Source: Stegostoma tigrinum (Eukaryota). Taken from it: DNA of 64,000 nucleotides. The position numbers and the translations under genes were made by a program. Of this stretch, positions 51,421-64,000 are shown piece by piece. Position 1 is the first letter of the stretch; every line of letters starts with the position of its first letter. The notes under the pieces were generated by a model. The model saw only the letters and a program-made list of their open reading frames with translations, was not told the DNA's origin and ran no database searches. The stretch is from the NCBI RefSeq assembly GCF_030684315.1, contig NC_081369.1, positions 13,306,035-13,370,034 of the forward strand, read 5' to 3'.

Positions 51421-52079
51421 CCCTGTCAGTTGGCCAAACCCTCTGTTACATTAATGCAAAGGCACTCTCGATATGGTGACAGCCGTTTCTTTGTGTGCAT
51501 TGAGGGTGGCGCAATAGCCAACATATTTCTATCTGTGAGTATACTTTGGCTTTGTATCAACAAAACAAGAGTAAATAAATTTGGGAGAATATTTGAAAGT
51601 TTCTTTTGCATACAATGCAGAGGATGCAGTCTGCCATCTGATAGCTATATCTGCTGAGTGTAAGAACAACTGTGCAATAGGGCTGATTAAATAACATGAA
51701 TTGTGAAGTTTATAGCTATACACCTGTTCATCGATGGGGATCCCGTGTTCAAGCAGGATAATGGCAGCGGAGAGAATTTGTTTTGCTGAGCTGGCTATCC
51801 AAACGACTGATATTGAATGCATTGGCTCACTGCTAACCCACATAACTGTTAAAACAGTAATGATTTGCCACCCTTTTGCATTTCAAAATACTTTTGCTGT
51901 TCCTTCACAAGATTGGCCAAAGTTGACTGTCTGCATTTGTGGAACAGGGAGCTTTTGAATGGAAAGAGTGGGACATTTTGCACCTCAGATTCATTCAGTA
52001 CTTCACAGTTTTTTTTATGCTGAGGAAAGGGACTATTTGGCTCGCTGTGTCTGCACTGTGTCTTCAAATAAGCAACTAA

Positions 52080-52680
52080 TCTAGTGTCATACCCCCACTA
52101 GCTCCCTGTAACCCACATATTTTTCCCTTTTAAGATAATTGTCTAATTCCCTTTTGGAATCCTGAATTGAACCTCATTTCATTGTGGTTGCAGGCAGTGC
52201 ATTCCAAACCCAAACCACTCCCTTTATGAAAAATGTTTCTCCTTGTATCACTTTTGCCCCTTTTACAGATTAGTTTAAATCTGTTCCCTCTTGTTCTCAA
52301 TGCTTCAGAGTGGAAACACCTTCTCTCGATTTACTCTACCCAGACCCCTCGTGATTTTGAATACTTCAATCAGATCTCCTGTCAAGTGATAATGGATAAT
52401 GGGATCTCCTGTCGAGCTTCTTTTCAAGGAAGACAGCTGCAGCTTCTCCAATCTCTCTTCATGACTGAAATTCCTAATTCCTGGAATCATTCTTATAAAT
52501 TTCTTTTGCATTCCCTCCAGTGCCTTCATATCCTCCCTTAAATGCCGTGCCCAAAACTGGATGCAATACACTGGCTGGGGCCAAGCTATAAATTAAACAT
52601 AACTAGCTTCCTTGTTCTTGTACTCTGTGCTCCTATTAATAAGGCCTGTAGTGTTGGATGCTTTATTGCCTGCTGTCTCA
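52080..52680 (-). mobile_element. Old CR1 3' fragment
   Basis: ORF YCIQFWARHLREDMKALEGMQKKFIRMIPG. Confidence 0.8.
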
Positions 52681-53659
52681 GCCTATCCTCCTACCTTTTG
52701 AATTATTCACATACATACCGAGGTCCTGATTGCTTCCCCCCCACCTGGGAGCCACTGCTTAGGAGTCTGTACCTCCACCAATACAAAGTTAGGTGGCTAA
52801 CGGGAGAGAGGTCTTAGGCTGCTAGGGGCATACATGCTGGGTGGAGGAGAGGTGGACTTGATGAATCCACACAAGCTTCCACACAGTGCATCCATTCCGG
52901 TCCTAGCTGTTGCGTCCGATGTCGTTCATGGCCTCAAAATTGCGTTGCTCAGCCCCCGCTGGCATCTCTTGAGGTGAACCAAGCATTTGGTGGGGAATGC
53001 CTGAAGAGGCCCCCATTTGGAAGGAATTTAACAGCCTCCCTCTCAAACCCATTCCCCAAAATCCGAGCCACCCCTCAGAAGTTCTGTCCTGCTCCAAAAT
53101 GTATACACCCTGGCCCCACCACTGACCACAGGAGAACTCCTTCCCTGTGTAAAGTGAATGAGTTAAGTCCTGGTCTGAGGCAGTCCTTACTGCTCCTAAT
53201 CTTGGCAGTAGAGGTCAGCTCAACAGTGGGACACTTAACAAACTCAGGGCATCTGGAGTGTGGTGGTCCAGTTAAACTGAATGGCCAGGCCACATCTATG
53301 TGAATTCCTCAGAGGCCTGAACAGATTCACAAACCGATTTGCTGGCAATTCAGCAGTGGCAGGCAGCAATCAGAAACGTCAGTCTGTTGAAGGTAAGCTC
53401 CAGCTGCATGTGGTGGGTGGGACGTGTGAGTAAATGCGGTCATGTTTGGTGATAGGGCTTGTAGTGATGTTTTAGTCATGTGGTAACGAAGGAGAAGCTC
53501 AGGATAAAGGAAACCCAAAGCTTCCTCACCAGGCTTTGAGAAACACTTGAGTCGTTGGTTTGCAAGGTAATCAACAGAAATTTTAAAACTGGGCCTCCTC
53601 TCGTCCACAATTTTTTTCTGTCAGTTTAAATTTAACAAAGAAATTCTTTTATATAAAAA

Positions 53660-53960
53660 AAGTTATTCACGGGACAAAGGCGTTATTGTCCATCCCTAAT
53701 TGCCTAGGGGGCAGTTTAGTGTCAATCACATTGCTGTGGGTCTGAAGTCACATGTAGGCCAGACCAGGTGAAAATGGCAGATTTCCTTCCCTAAAGGATA
53801 TTAGTGAACCAGATGGAATTTTCTGACTATCAATAATGGAATTGTGGTCATCGTTAGTCTCTCAATTCCACACAATACATGGCAGGAGTCGAACATAGGT
53901 CCCCAAAATATTACCTGGGTCTTTGGACTATCAGTCCAGCAATGATACCACAAGGCTATT
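53660..53960 (-). mobile_element. tRNA-derived SINE sharing its 3' tail with the second LINE family
   Basis: The tail ggcaattagggatggacaataac matches the 23130-23160 LINE end. The head is tRNA-like. Confidence 0.55.
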
Positions 53961-54351
53961 GCCTTTCTATTGCTATTGTTCTTCAAGCTTGCACTTTAAA
54001 CTAATATTGGTGGGCCTCAATCATGCATACTTAACTGGAGGTATTCTCCTCTGTTGAGGGGCAAGAATAAGTAAGACATGGTGGGAAAACAGTGTGATCA
54101 GAGGGAATGGCTGTGGGCCAAAATTATATTTGTCCATTCCCTATTCCTGGTGGAAACAAATTAACCTTTTCCTGTTTGAGTTAAATAGTGGCCTGAAATT
54201 GGGCAGGAGACTGGCAGAAATAGCAAAGACTTGATAGAAATGGCTTTTACATCATTTCTCTGGGGCTTTGATTTGCAACTTTTCTGTCAAGAGATCAATG
54301 GGAGCTCAAGACAACTGCGACTGTAATGTTTAACAGCAAGCGACCCTATGT

Positions 54352-54568
54352 GATAATGGGAACTGCAGATGCTGGAGAATCCAAGATAATAAAATGTGAG
54401 GCTGGATGAACACAGCAGGCCCAGCAGCATCTCAGGAGCACAAAAGCTGATGTTTCGGGCCTAGACCCTTCCTCTCTGATGAAGGGTCTAGGCCCGAAAC
54501 GTCAACTTTTGTGCTCCTGAGATGCTGCTGGGCCTGCTGTGTTCATCCAGCCTCACATTTTATTATCT
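54352..54568. repeat. Penelope-tail inverted-repeat insertion upstream of HSF4
   Basis: Inverted arms. TSD agcgaccctatgtga at 54339-54353 and 54569-54583. Confidence 0.9.
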
Positions 54569-55254
54569 AGCGACCCTATGTGAGTCTGCCTATTGATGAT
54601 GCAGTGGTGCTACATTTGTTGGTTGAAGTGGAAAGTGAGCTTTCTCGGATTGGTCCTGGGCTGATTAACCCGTCGTGGTCACTTGATTTGTGAAGAGTTC
54701 AGCAATGGAGGTGTTTAGGACGAAACCCATTTTAACTGCTGTCATCAGGTTCCACTTTGTGAAAACGTGGCCGTTTCAGTTGGCTAATTAAGATATCAAA
54801 AATGGGACGGTCTGCTAATATATTTTTATTTAAATTGATTTTTATTGCAAACATGAGTTTGTTGGGGGTTTATTTTAGCAGAATTACGGTAATATTGGCT
54901 GAAGCCACTGAAAGTATTTCAGGTTCTCTGCTGTTATGCTGCCGAATGGTTGGGTGAAGCTGTAACACAGCGTTTGCTTGTATTTTGCGGGGGTGTATTT
55001 TTGGGTGGACCCAGCGCTGTGTGAGCTCTCTGCAGTGTTGGAGCTTTTAAATGGACCGTTGTAGTATCGGGTGACCGTGTAGGACGAGGGGCTGAGAGGG
55101 CTTTCCTGTTGTCATTGCGGAGTCAGCTGGTGATTGTAGTTGGTGTCAGGGCTGGATGGTGTGATCCTGGAGCTCGGTGTCAGATGATGCTGTGCAGCTA
55201 GTGCCCCGCTCAGGGTCAGCTGCTGATGCTGTGGGCTAGTTGGGTTGGGATGGG

Positions 55255-55383
55255 ATGAGGAGCCCATCGAGCTGTGCCACTGGGCTCATGGATGGATATA
55301 GCGCTAATGTGCCGGCCTTCCTCACCAAGTTGTGGACTTTGGTGGAGGACCCCGAGAGCAATGAACTGATCAGCTGGAGTGAG
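55255..55383 (+). CDS. HSF4: Heat shock factor first coding exon (start of the DNA-binding domain), HSF4
   Basis: MRSPSSCATGLMDGYSANVPAFLTKLWTLVEDPESNELISWSE, then the phase-0 donor GAG|GTGAGA at the conserved HSF exon 1 boundary. The MDGY-NVPAF leader and the position downstream of FBXL8 favour HSF4. The next exon was not found in the window. Confidence 0.88.
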
Positions 55384-58300
55384 GTGAGATCCGGGGCCTG
55401 TGTAGACTCGGGAGAAAGGGGGTGGCGCTGTCAGAGTGTGCGTGGAAGGCGGGAGAAAAAGTTTTATCTGAGTGGGATGCAAGGGGGGGGGGGTGAGAAA
55501 GGCAGATCTAATTATACCCCCTCCCACTAAATATTAATCTCGCCCATCATAGGATCGTTACTTTTTCTGATTGCTCAAATCTCGACCACATTGAGAATCT
55601 TTATTTTGTTACAAGGAATCCAGTTTACAGCTACTTTCAGAAGGGTTTTGTTACAGTACGCATTTTAAAAAAAATATTGAATGGAATCCACGCCTCCATT
55701 TGGCTTGAGGGTATTTGGCCGATGTTGTGTTTCGTTGGAGACAGTTTTTGTTTAGCTTCTTATTCCTGATGACGGCTCCATGATCCCGTGCACAGTGTTC
55801 CCACTGGAAATCTTCACCGGCAGCAGCCCCAGGCCCTTGTGCGGCTCATTGATGTTACCTTACCACAAATCAAATCTCAGTGTGGACCACTCTCTGTTCA
55901 CCCTGTCTCTCCTATCAATTGAAACGATTTTATACCAGTGGGCTATTCAATTTGACAGCGCTGTCCCAATGTAAGATAAGAAGCTGGATGTGGTATTGAA
56001 GAATCAAACAGACCTTTATTATAACTCTGACTTTAAATAGACAGACACATCGGTTCTGAAGAAGGGTCATTTGGCCCAGAAACGTTAACTCTGATTGCTC
56101 TCCACAGATGCTGCCAGATCTGCTGAGATATTTTGGCAATTTCTGTTTTGTTTGGTATGTGTCTGGGCTCACATTAAACTAGTAGTTTATCACAGAACAC
56201 CACATTTCTGATTGGGTGCCATGATTCAAATGATCTCTGGGCAAGATGGAACCTTTATACTTGCAGGTCATGAACATTCTCTTAAGTTACATTGACGTGC
56301 TGGCTGTGGGTTGACACACAATAAGTCCAGTAACTAATCATTCTTGAAATCATATTATTAAGGCTCAGCCAGGTCTCAGGAACCATCATGCTATCACACC
56401 CCAAAATCTTTTGGTATATGGACAGTGATCCACCCACTGTCTCCTCTAGAGCAAACATTATCTTATTCACAGGCATCTAGCGAGTCACAATAAATTGTAA
56501 CCCTTCCGACAAACATGCATGCTTTCTAATTTCTAATCACCTCACAGTTAGTCTAGTCTTTGCTTTCGGGCATAGCCTAATTTTCTGAAGCCTGGTGTAA
56601 AGAACACGTGCAGTCAACCAAAAGATACTCCCTGTCTCTGCCTTTTTTTAACCAACAGTTTACCCTCATTAGTTGTGACTCGGCTTCGAAAGCGCTTAAA
56701 TTGATTCTGATGTCTTTTGAGACATTCTGAGGATGCAAAAGTTGACACACTTCAAGCCCTGGCCTCTGGGATCCTAGCTGCTCTCCGTTCCGTAAACCCC
56801 ACACTGCCCCGGGACAACACCCTTGACGTTCAGTCACTGGTCAGTGTCCCCTTTGGCTCCCCCCTCTTATTGACTGGAGACAGCAATCACAAGTCAATAA
56901 GCTTGACCAGAGAGATAGCGATGACTGTCGTTCCTCTGAGACAACAGATTCCAGTTTATTTTTTTTGTAAATTCAAACGGGAAAAGTATCTAGATTTGAA
57001 GCAGTGTGAAAGTTGCAAAAGTAAAAGAGAACTGAAACAGATCAGAAGCTCGAGCAGTAAGATCAGCTTTTTCTTTGCTCTTCAGGCTTTGCAGGTTTTT
57101 CTGTTAAGTTGAGGTGGATTGTGGACAAGCTGTCAGGCAGCATTTATTTCTCATCCCGAGATGCTCTTGAGAAGATGATGATGGGTCTCCTCTCAGTCTG
57201 GCTGCAGTCTGTATGGTGAGGATACCCCTTCTTCATGTGATGAGATTCAGTTTTCCATTCAATCAGGCCTGTGTCTCATTCCCGTCTCTCTTGCCCAGTC
57301 TTCACTCTCCGTGTATCTCTTTCTCTCTTGCTCGCTGTCTGTCCCCTCCTGCTGTTATTGAGTCCCACTATTTTGACCTGGCAGACTTGAAGAACAGTGG
57401 CCAATATATGTCCATGTCAAGATGATGGGTAGCATGAAGGTGACGGTTAGCCCTTATGGTGGGGGACAGTAGACAGTGTCTTTCTAGGTGCTGGAATTTG
57501 TGGATTTAAGAAGTGCTGCAGTGCATCTTGTAGACAGAACACAGTGTAACTGTAGAGATAACACACTTTGGAGCTGGAGGAACACAGTAGACCAGGCAGC
57601 ATCAGAGGAGCAGGAAGGTTGATGTTTTGGGTCGGGACCCTTCTTCAGAAACGTAACTGTGTTGTGCTCAAGGTGGAGAATGTGAATCTTTAGTCTAGTG
57701 AATGGACTACTGATTAGTCAGATGACTTTGAGCTTTTTGAATGCTACGAACCTGCTACCATCTATTTAAGTGGAGAATTTTGCATTAGTCCTGATTGGGT
57801 GGTGGCGACCCTTTTGGAGCATCAGGAAGTGAACTGCTCACGACAGAGTGAACAGGTGCAGTGACAGCGGGGTCAAAGCTGCGATATAACTGTTAATTTT
57901 CATGTTCGGGGAATGTCTTTGGTTGAGCCAGTTCAGTGAATTACAAGCCAGTTTTCGAGGTGGAATGTAGGAGACTGAGAAATATACTTCTAAATATTTC
58001 CATTCCTGGAAAAATTATTTCCTCATGTTTTGGGAAAAGTTCCATCAGATTGGAAAGCTTGTTCATAAGCCACACCAAGTTATCAGCAATTTTATCTTCT
58101 CTATTTCACAATGGAAGAAGGCAGAGGCAGGAAATTATGGGCCAGTTATCTATCCTGGTGAGCGTTTTAGAATTGACCATGAAAGACATCATTGTTGTCC
58201 ACTTAGAAAATCTCAATATAATCAGGCATTCTGTATTTTTCTAATTTATTACTAAGACTTTGTACCTAGGTATCTCACTCCTAAGATGGCACAGAGGACT

Positions 58301-58529
58301 GAAATGCTAAACTTTTTATTACTTTATTTTCTACCTTATTATTAAGGCACTGTACCTAGGTACCTTTGTACCTAATATGGCACTGTCAGTGGCAACTTGA
58401 TAATCTTTACACTGCACTTTTGTGAGTATATGTGACAATTAGCATGGTTTCATCAAAGGAAAATCATGTTGAACCATTTTATTGGAGTTCTTTGAAGGAG
58501 TAACGTGCTGTGAATAAGTGGGAGCCTTT

Positions 58530-59125
58530 GACAATAGATGTTTGGTGCAGGAGTAGGCCATTCGGCCCTTCGAGCCAGCACCACCATTCATTATGATCAC
58601 GGCTGATCATCCACAATCAGTACCCTGTTCCTGCCTTATCCCCATAACCCTTGATTCCACTCTCTTTAAGAGCTCTATCCATCTCTTTCTTGAAAGTATC
58701 CAGAGACTTGGCCTCCACTGCCTTCCGGGGCAGAGCATTCCATATATCCACCACCCTCTGGGTGAAGAGGTTTTCCCTCAACTCTGTTCTAAATGGCCAA
58801 CCTCTTATTTTTAAACTGTGTCCTCTGGTTCTGGACTCACCCATTAGCGGAAACATGCTTCCTGCCCCCAGAGTGTCAAATCCCTTAATAATCTTACATG
58901 TCTCAATCAGATCCCCTCTCATCCTTCTAAACTCAAGCGTATACAAGCCCAGTCGCTCCAATCTTTCAACATAGGATAGTCCCGCCATTCCGGGAATTGA
59001 CCTCGTGAACCTACACTGCACTCCCTCAATAGCCAGAATGTCCTTCCTCATATTTGGAGACCAAAACTGCACACAATGCTCCAGGTGCAGTCTCACCAGG
59101 GCCCTGTGCAGCTGCAGAAGGACTG
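58530..59125 (-). mobile_element. Younger CR1 3' fragment
   Basis: ORF 58617-59225 reads LEHCVQFWSP..LEFRRMRGDLIETCKI. Confidence 0.9.
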
Positions 59126-60019
59126 TGTTGGATTTACTGTAGTTGGATTTCCAGAAGACATTTGATAAAGTTCCATATTGAATGTTATTGCAGAAAATAA
59201 AATCTCTGGAGTTAGAGGGTGTCATATATTAGCATGAATAGATGATTAGCTGGCTGGCAGGAAACAGAATATGCATAAATGTGTTTTTTTTCTAATTGGC
59301 AAAGTGTAACAAGTGGGGTCCCACAAGGAGCTTGTGCTGGGCTGTCAACTTTTTACAATTTGTATCAGTGCCTTGGATGAGAAGAGTGATGGTGTGGTAA
59401 CTAAATTCACAGGCAACACAAAGATACATTGTAAAGAGAGCATAAATTGCTGACGGATAATTATAAGTTGTGAGTGGGCAAAAATCTGCGATAGGGCTCG
59501 GGTTAGGGTTAGGATGGAATATAATGTTGTAAAATGTGAAAAACTACCATTGCTTAAATGGAAAATGGTGCAGAGGGATTTAGCAGTTCTGGTGCATGAG
59601 TCACGAATATTAGTGTGCAATTGACAGCAAATAATTAAGAAGGCTAATGGGATGCTATTCTTTATTCCAAGAAGAACTGAATGTAAAAGTAAGGATGTTA
59701 TAGTTCAGTTAAACAAAGCATTAGTGAGACCATATCTCAAACATATTCTGGTTTGAACTCCTGATTTAAGAAAGGGTGCAAGTGCATTGGAGACAGTTCA
59801 GAGGAGGTTTGCTGGATTGTTATCTGTACTGGGTGGACTGTCTTATGAGCATAGTTTGGACAGGCTGGGCTTGCCGAGGTGACTTGATTGAAGTGTGTAA
59901 AATTCTGAATGGTCTTGTCAAGATAGATGTGAAAACGATCTTTTCTCCCGTGGGTCAATCAAGATCTAAGGGGTACAGTTTTAATAATTAAGGGTCGCCC
60001 TGTCAGGACAGAGACAAGA

Positions 60020-60218
60020 GGCAGTCGGAACTGCCGATGCTGGAGAATCTGACATAACAAGGTGTAGAGATGGATGAACACAGCAGGCCATGCAGCATCA
60101 GAGGAGGAGGAAAGCTGATGTTTCAGGTCAGGACCCTTCAGACCTGAAACATCGGCTTTCCTGCTCCTCTGATGCTGCTTGGCCTGCTGTGTTCATCCGG
60201 CTCTACACCTTGTTATCT
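60020..60218. repeat. Penelope-tail inverted-repeat insertion
   Basis: Inverted arms with the approximate duplication aggac..gacaag. Confidence 0.8.
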
Positions 60219-60626
60219 TAGGACGTGGACAAGTTTTTTCTTACTGCTTCAGTAGCTTTGAGACTTGCTGTCGCAGAGGGTGATGAAAGTGTGTTCATTG
60301 AACATTTTAAAGGCAGAGGTGGTTAGTTTCTTGTTAGGCAGAGGAATCAAGAGTTATAAGGGGTTAGTTAGGAATGTGAAATTCAGAATATAGATCAGCA
60401 ATGATCTGGTTGACTGATGGAACAGATTTGAGGAGCTGAATGGTCTACTTATGCTACTTTGCATAATATGGTTTTAATGAATTGCAGCTCTTGAAAGATC
60501 ATGTATTGCAAGGAGCTCTTTGAAATATTTCAATGGGGTTAGACAGAACGAAATAAATATACATTAGAATTCTTTGTTACAATTAAAGGTAGATTTAAAA
60601 AAAAGTGAAGAATAGAACTGAAGATG

Positions 60627-60698
60627 TCCTTGGTAGTATAGCGGTTAGTATCTCTGCCTGTCACATGGGAGACTGTGGTTCAGTTCCCTGCTGGGGAG
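60627..60698 (+). pseudogene. tRNA-Asp(GTC) pseudogene
   Basis: TCCTTGGTAGTATAGCGGTTAGTATCTCTGCCTGTCACATGGGAGACTGTGGTTCAGTTCCCTGCTGGGGAG is 72 nt and colinear with vertebrate tRNA-Asp(GTC). It has stem mismatches and a damaged B box. Confidence 0.85.
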
Positions 60699-60708
60699 AA
60701 TCCAAGCT

Positions 60709-61356
60709 GGGTGGCATAGTGGCTCAGTGGTTAGCACTGCTGCCTCACCGCCAGGTACCAGGGTTTGATTCTATCCTTGGGTGACTATCTGTGTGGAGTT
60801 TGTACATTCTCCCTGTGTCTGTGTGGGTTTTCTACAGGTGCTCCAGTTTCCTCCCACAGTCCATAGATGTGCAGTGTAGGTGGATTGGACATGCTAAATT
60901 GCCCATAGTGCCCAGGGATGTTTGGGTCAGGTGGGTTAGACAGGGGAAATTGGGAGCAGGGCAATGGGTCTGAGTGGGATGCTCCTCGGAGGGGCCATGT
61001 GGACTTTTTGGGATGAATGACCTCAGAATCCCTACAATGAGGAAACAGGCTCTTCGGCCCAACAAGTCCACACCGACCCTCAGAGCATCCCACCCAGACT
61101 CACCACCCTATAACCCACCTATGCTAGACATCCCTGAACACTACAGGCAATTTCCCATGGCCAATACACCTAGCCTGGATATCTTTGGACTGTGGGAGGA
61201 AACCGGAGCACCCGGAGGAAACCCATGCAGACACAGGGAGAATGTGCAAACTCCACACAGTCAGTCGCCCGAGGGTGGAATTGAACCTGGGTCCCTGGTG
61301 CTGTGAGGCTAACTACTGAGCCACCGTGCCTGTTTCCACACTGTAGGGATTCTATG
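60709..61356. mobile_element. Two nested HE1-like SINEs: + copy 60709-~61015 resuming at ~61329, - copy ~61021-61330
   Basis: Both heads and cores are visible. The + tail cctgtttccacactgtagggattctatga resumes after the - copy. Confidence 0.88.
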
Positions 61357-62852
61357 AAGAGGTGAATGCTTCCCTCGTATAGTGTTACTTGTAAAGTGTA
61401 ATTTTAGAAATTAAGTTGGGGCTTTCTTGCCTGCTCTGCAATCTCTAATTCTTTCTTTGTGTTTCACGCTTCCTTTTATTTTGTTCTGTGCCTCTTGCTT
61501 ACTCTTTCTTACTGTTATCTCCGTATACTATCAATTATTTCTGAATACTTTACGTCCTAACAACATGCCTGTTTTGTACATTTTCTGTTTTCATCAGTAT
61601 TTTTTGCTGTGTTTCTCCATTTACTTTTTGTATTACTGTTCCCCTTTTTTTAAATAGTGAAACATATTGCAAGGATCCCAAATGTATTTTTAAAAGAATA
61701 AAATTGCTGCAAAAGAAATTTAAAAGGAAAATGAGACCTTGATCTCCCCTGGCAGCTTGTTGCAGTACTGAGCGAGATCTGCAATCACACAAGTGCTTTC
61801 CTCCAAATCAGTCCATAAGTTTTTTTAAGATAGATATTGCAGGTTTTACTGCATCTCTTCATTTTTCTTTAAAATAAAGGATAATTGTCATGTTACTCCA
61901 TCGGCTTTTACTTCTCAGCCTATTGCCCAGAGTAAATGGTTGTGCACTTCCTAATTGCTTAATTTTCTGAGACAACAGACATTATTGAGGTGTAATTCAT
62001 CATATGAGTGCTTCAGATATCTTGTACAAAATGCAAAAGAGAAATTTGGGTTTAAAGATTTGGCAAAGATCTGTAGCTCCAGTTGTGAGTGAGGTTATTG
62101 ACTTGCTCGCTGAGCTGGCTTGTTTTTGAACAAAATTTGGGGATTAAACTTTTCATTTTGGGGGGGGAACCAAAATGTTAAAATGGCCCTGTTTCACAAA
62201 TGCATTTTTAACCAGCATAACTTTCCACTTGATCTGTGGACTCAGAATTTACTATTTTTACATCTCAAAAGAATTAATTCATTAAACCTACTTCTTCCTT
62301 CACAACTAATTCAATTCCCTGCAGGCCTGAGCCCGGAGTCACTTTGTATAGGAAAAGTTATAAATGTCCTCCATCAAATCTAGTCCCAAACACACATTGT
62401 GACAGAAAGATAAAAATTCTGTTTTGGTTTTACAACTCAAACTATCTTCACACAGTTAAAAGATATAAGCTGGAGAAGGCGATCTTTGAACATGTCATGT
62501 AATAGGGCCTGATTCTTTAGTGAGCACCATTAATCTTTAGCAATCACATCCAGTTATTAGACCTGTCTGCCTTGAACAAAGGGTATGTTACATTGCATAA
62601 TTATACCTGACCTTTAAGTTGAAGATGCCAACAATGGCCAAAATGACCAGTGTCTCATTTCCAGCGCTGACTGAACGTACAAAATACGCCAACTTGAGAA
62701 ACAACATAATGAGCAGAATGGCTCCTTCAGCAGTTTTGATTATGGAACATTAATCTGTAAAAATGAGGATTATAGTTTATGTTCTAAAGTGAAACAGAAA
62801 TTTATGGCACCGAAACAAGCTACTTATGAAAACTTGCTTCAAATGAACCATA

Positions 62853-64000
62853 GATAATGGGAACTGCAGATGCTGGAGAATCCAAGATAACAAAGTGTGG
62901 GGCTGGACAAACACAGCAGGCCCAGCAGCATCTCAGGAGCACAAAAGATGACGTTTCGGGCCTCGACCCTTCATCAGAGAGGGGGATGGGGTGAGGGAAC
63001 TGGAATAAATAGGGAGAGAGGGGGAGGCAGACCAAAGATGGAGAGAAAAGAAGATAGGCGGAGAGGAGACTATAGGTGGGGAGGTAGGGAGGGGATAGGT
63101 CAGTCCAGGGAAGACGGACAGGTCAAGGAGGTGGGATGAGGTTAGTAGGTAGGAAATGGAGGTGTGACTTGGGGTGGGAGGAAGGGATGGGTGAGAGGAA
63201 GAACAGGTTAGGGAGGCGGGGACAGGCTGGGCTGGTTTTGGGATACATTGGGGGGAGGGGATGAGCTGGGCTGGTTGTGTGATGCAGTGGGGGGAGGGGA
63301 TGAATTGGGCTGGTTTTGGGATGCGGTGGGGGAAGGGAAGATTTTGAAGCTGGTGAAGTCCACATTGATACCATTGGGCTGCAGGGTTCCCAAGCGGAAT
63401 ATGAGTTGCTGTTCCTACAACCTTCGGGTGGCATCATTGTGGCACTGCAGGAGGCCCATGATGGACATGTCATCTAAAGAATGGGAGGGGGAGTTGAAAT
63501 GGTTCGCGACTGGGAGGTGCAGTTGTTTATTGAGAACCGAGCAGAGGTGTTCTGCAAAACGGTCCCCAAGCCTCCGCTTGGGTGGTGGGGTCCGACCACC
63601 CAACCAACCTCCGGATACAACGCATCATCCTCCAACACTTCCACCATCTACAATCCGACCCCACCACCCAAGCCATTTTTCCATCCCCACCCTTGTCTGA
63701 CTTCTGGAGTGACCACTCTCTCCGTGACTCCCTTGTTCGCTCCACACTGCCCTCCAGCCCCACCACACCCGGCACCTTCCCCTGCAACCGCAGGAAGTGC
63801 TACCCTTGCCCCCACACCTCCTCCCTCACCCCCATCCCAAGCCCCAAGATGACTTTCCATATTAAGCAGAGGTTCACCTGCACATCTGCCAATGTGGTAT
63901 ACTGTATCCATTGTACCCGGTGTGGCTCCCTCTACATTGGGGAAACCAAGCAGAGACTTGGGGACCGCTTTGCAAAACACCTCCGCTCGGTTCTCAATAA
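62853..64000. mobile_element. Penelope-like element with inverted structure (minus 62853-63579, plus ~63585 to window end)
   Basis: The minus arm has the tail and RRLGDRFAEHL..PVANHFN..LGTLQPNGIN. The plus arm has FTCTSANVVYCIHC..LYIGET (GIY-YIG). Confidence 0.88.

Larger units (their letters stand above)
58040..60460 (+). mobile_element. Decayed CR1 (+) with nested insertions
   Basis: GNYGPV, QHGF, FQKTFDKVP, GVPQG and GDLIEVCKIL remnants. It is interrupted at 58235-58440, 58530-59125 and 60020-60218. Confidence 0.75.

Noticed and set aside
52700-53600. GC-rich stretch upstream of HSF4 with short ORFs
   Set aside because: No recognisable protein or terminal repeats, so it could not be classified.
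55384-55530. C-terminal part of the 96-aa HSF ORF
   Set aside because: Read-through past the GTGAGA donor into intron, with no HSF similarity.
63215-63340. Spaced ~40-bp direct repeats (CRISPR-like look)
   Set aside because: These are tandem repeats inside the Penelope 3' region of a vertebrate genome, with no unique spacers and no cas genes.

Overview
Eukaryotic vertebrate DNA. It is almost certainly from a shark or other cartilaginous fish, judging by the HE1-type tRNA SINEs, SacSINE1-like DeuSINEs, CR1 LINEs and Penelope-like elements. Three host genes are supported. (1) A CpG-rich bidirectional promoter at about 13.5-14.2 kb. (2) The complete FBXL8 gene on +: non-coding exon 1 ending 14183, F-box exon CDS 32502-32638, large exon 38591-39569, 371 aa. 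(3) The first coding exon of HSF4 (55255-55383, +). The divergent non-coding exon at about 13.7 kb is probably TRADD exon 1, by analogy to the human TRADD-FBXL8-HSF4 order. Most of the rest is mobile DNA: a decayed env-bearing retrovirus-like element with two RNase H domains (2.2-9.9 kb, lokiretrovirus-like), a TIR-bounded Tigger/pogo element, nested RTE/CR1/SINE insertions, and many Penelope-derived hairpin insertions with hammerhead cores. The most notable feature is a near full-length R2 retrotransposon (46.6-50.4 kb, minus) outside rDNA. It is inserted into an older LINE, yet keeps a 28S-rRNA-derived 5' leader and a recognisable HDV-like ribozyme. All identifications were made by eye, without database searches.
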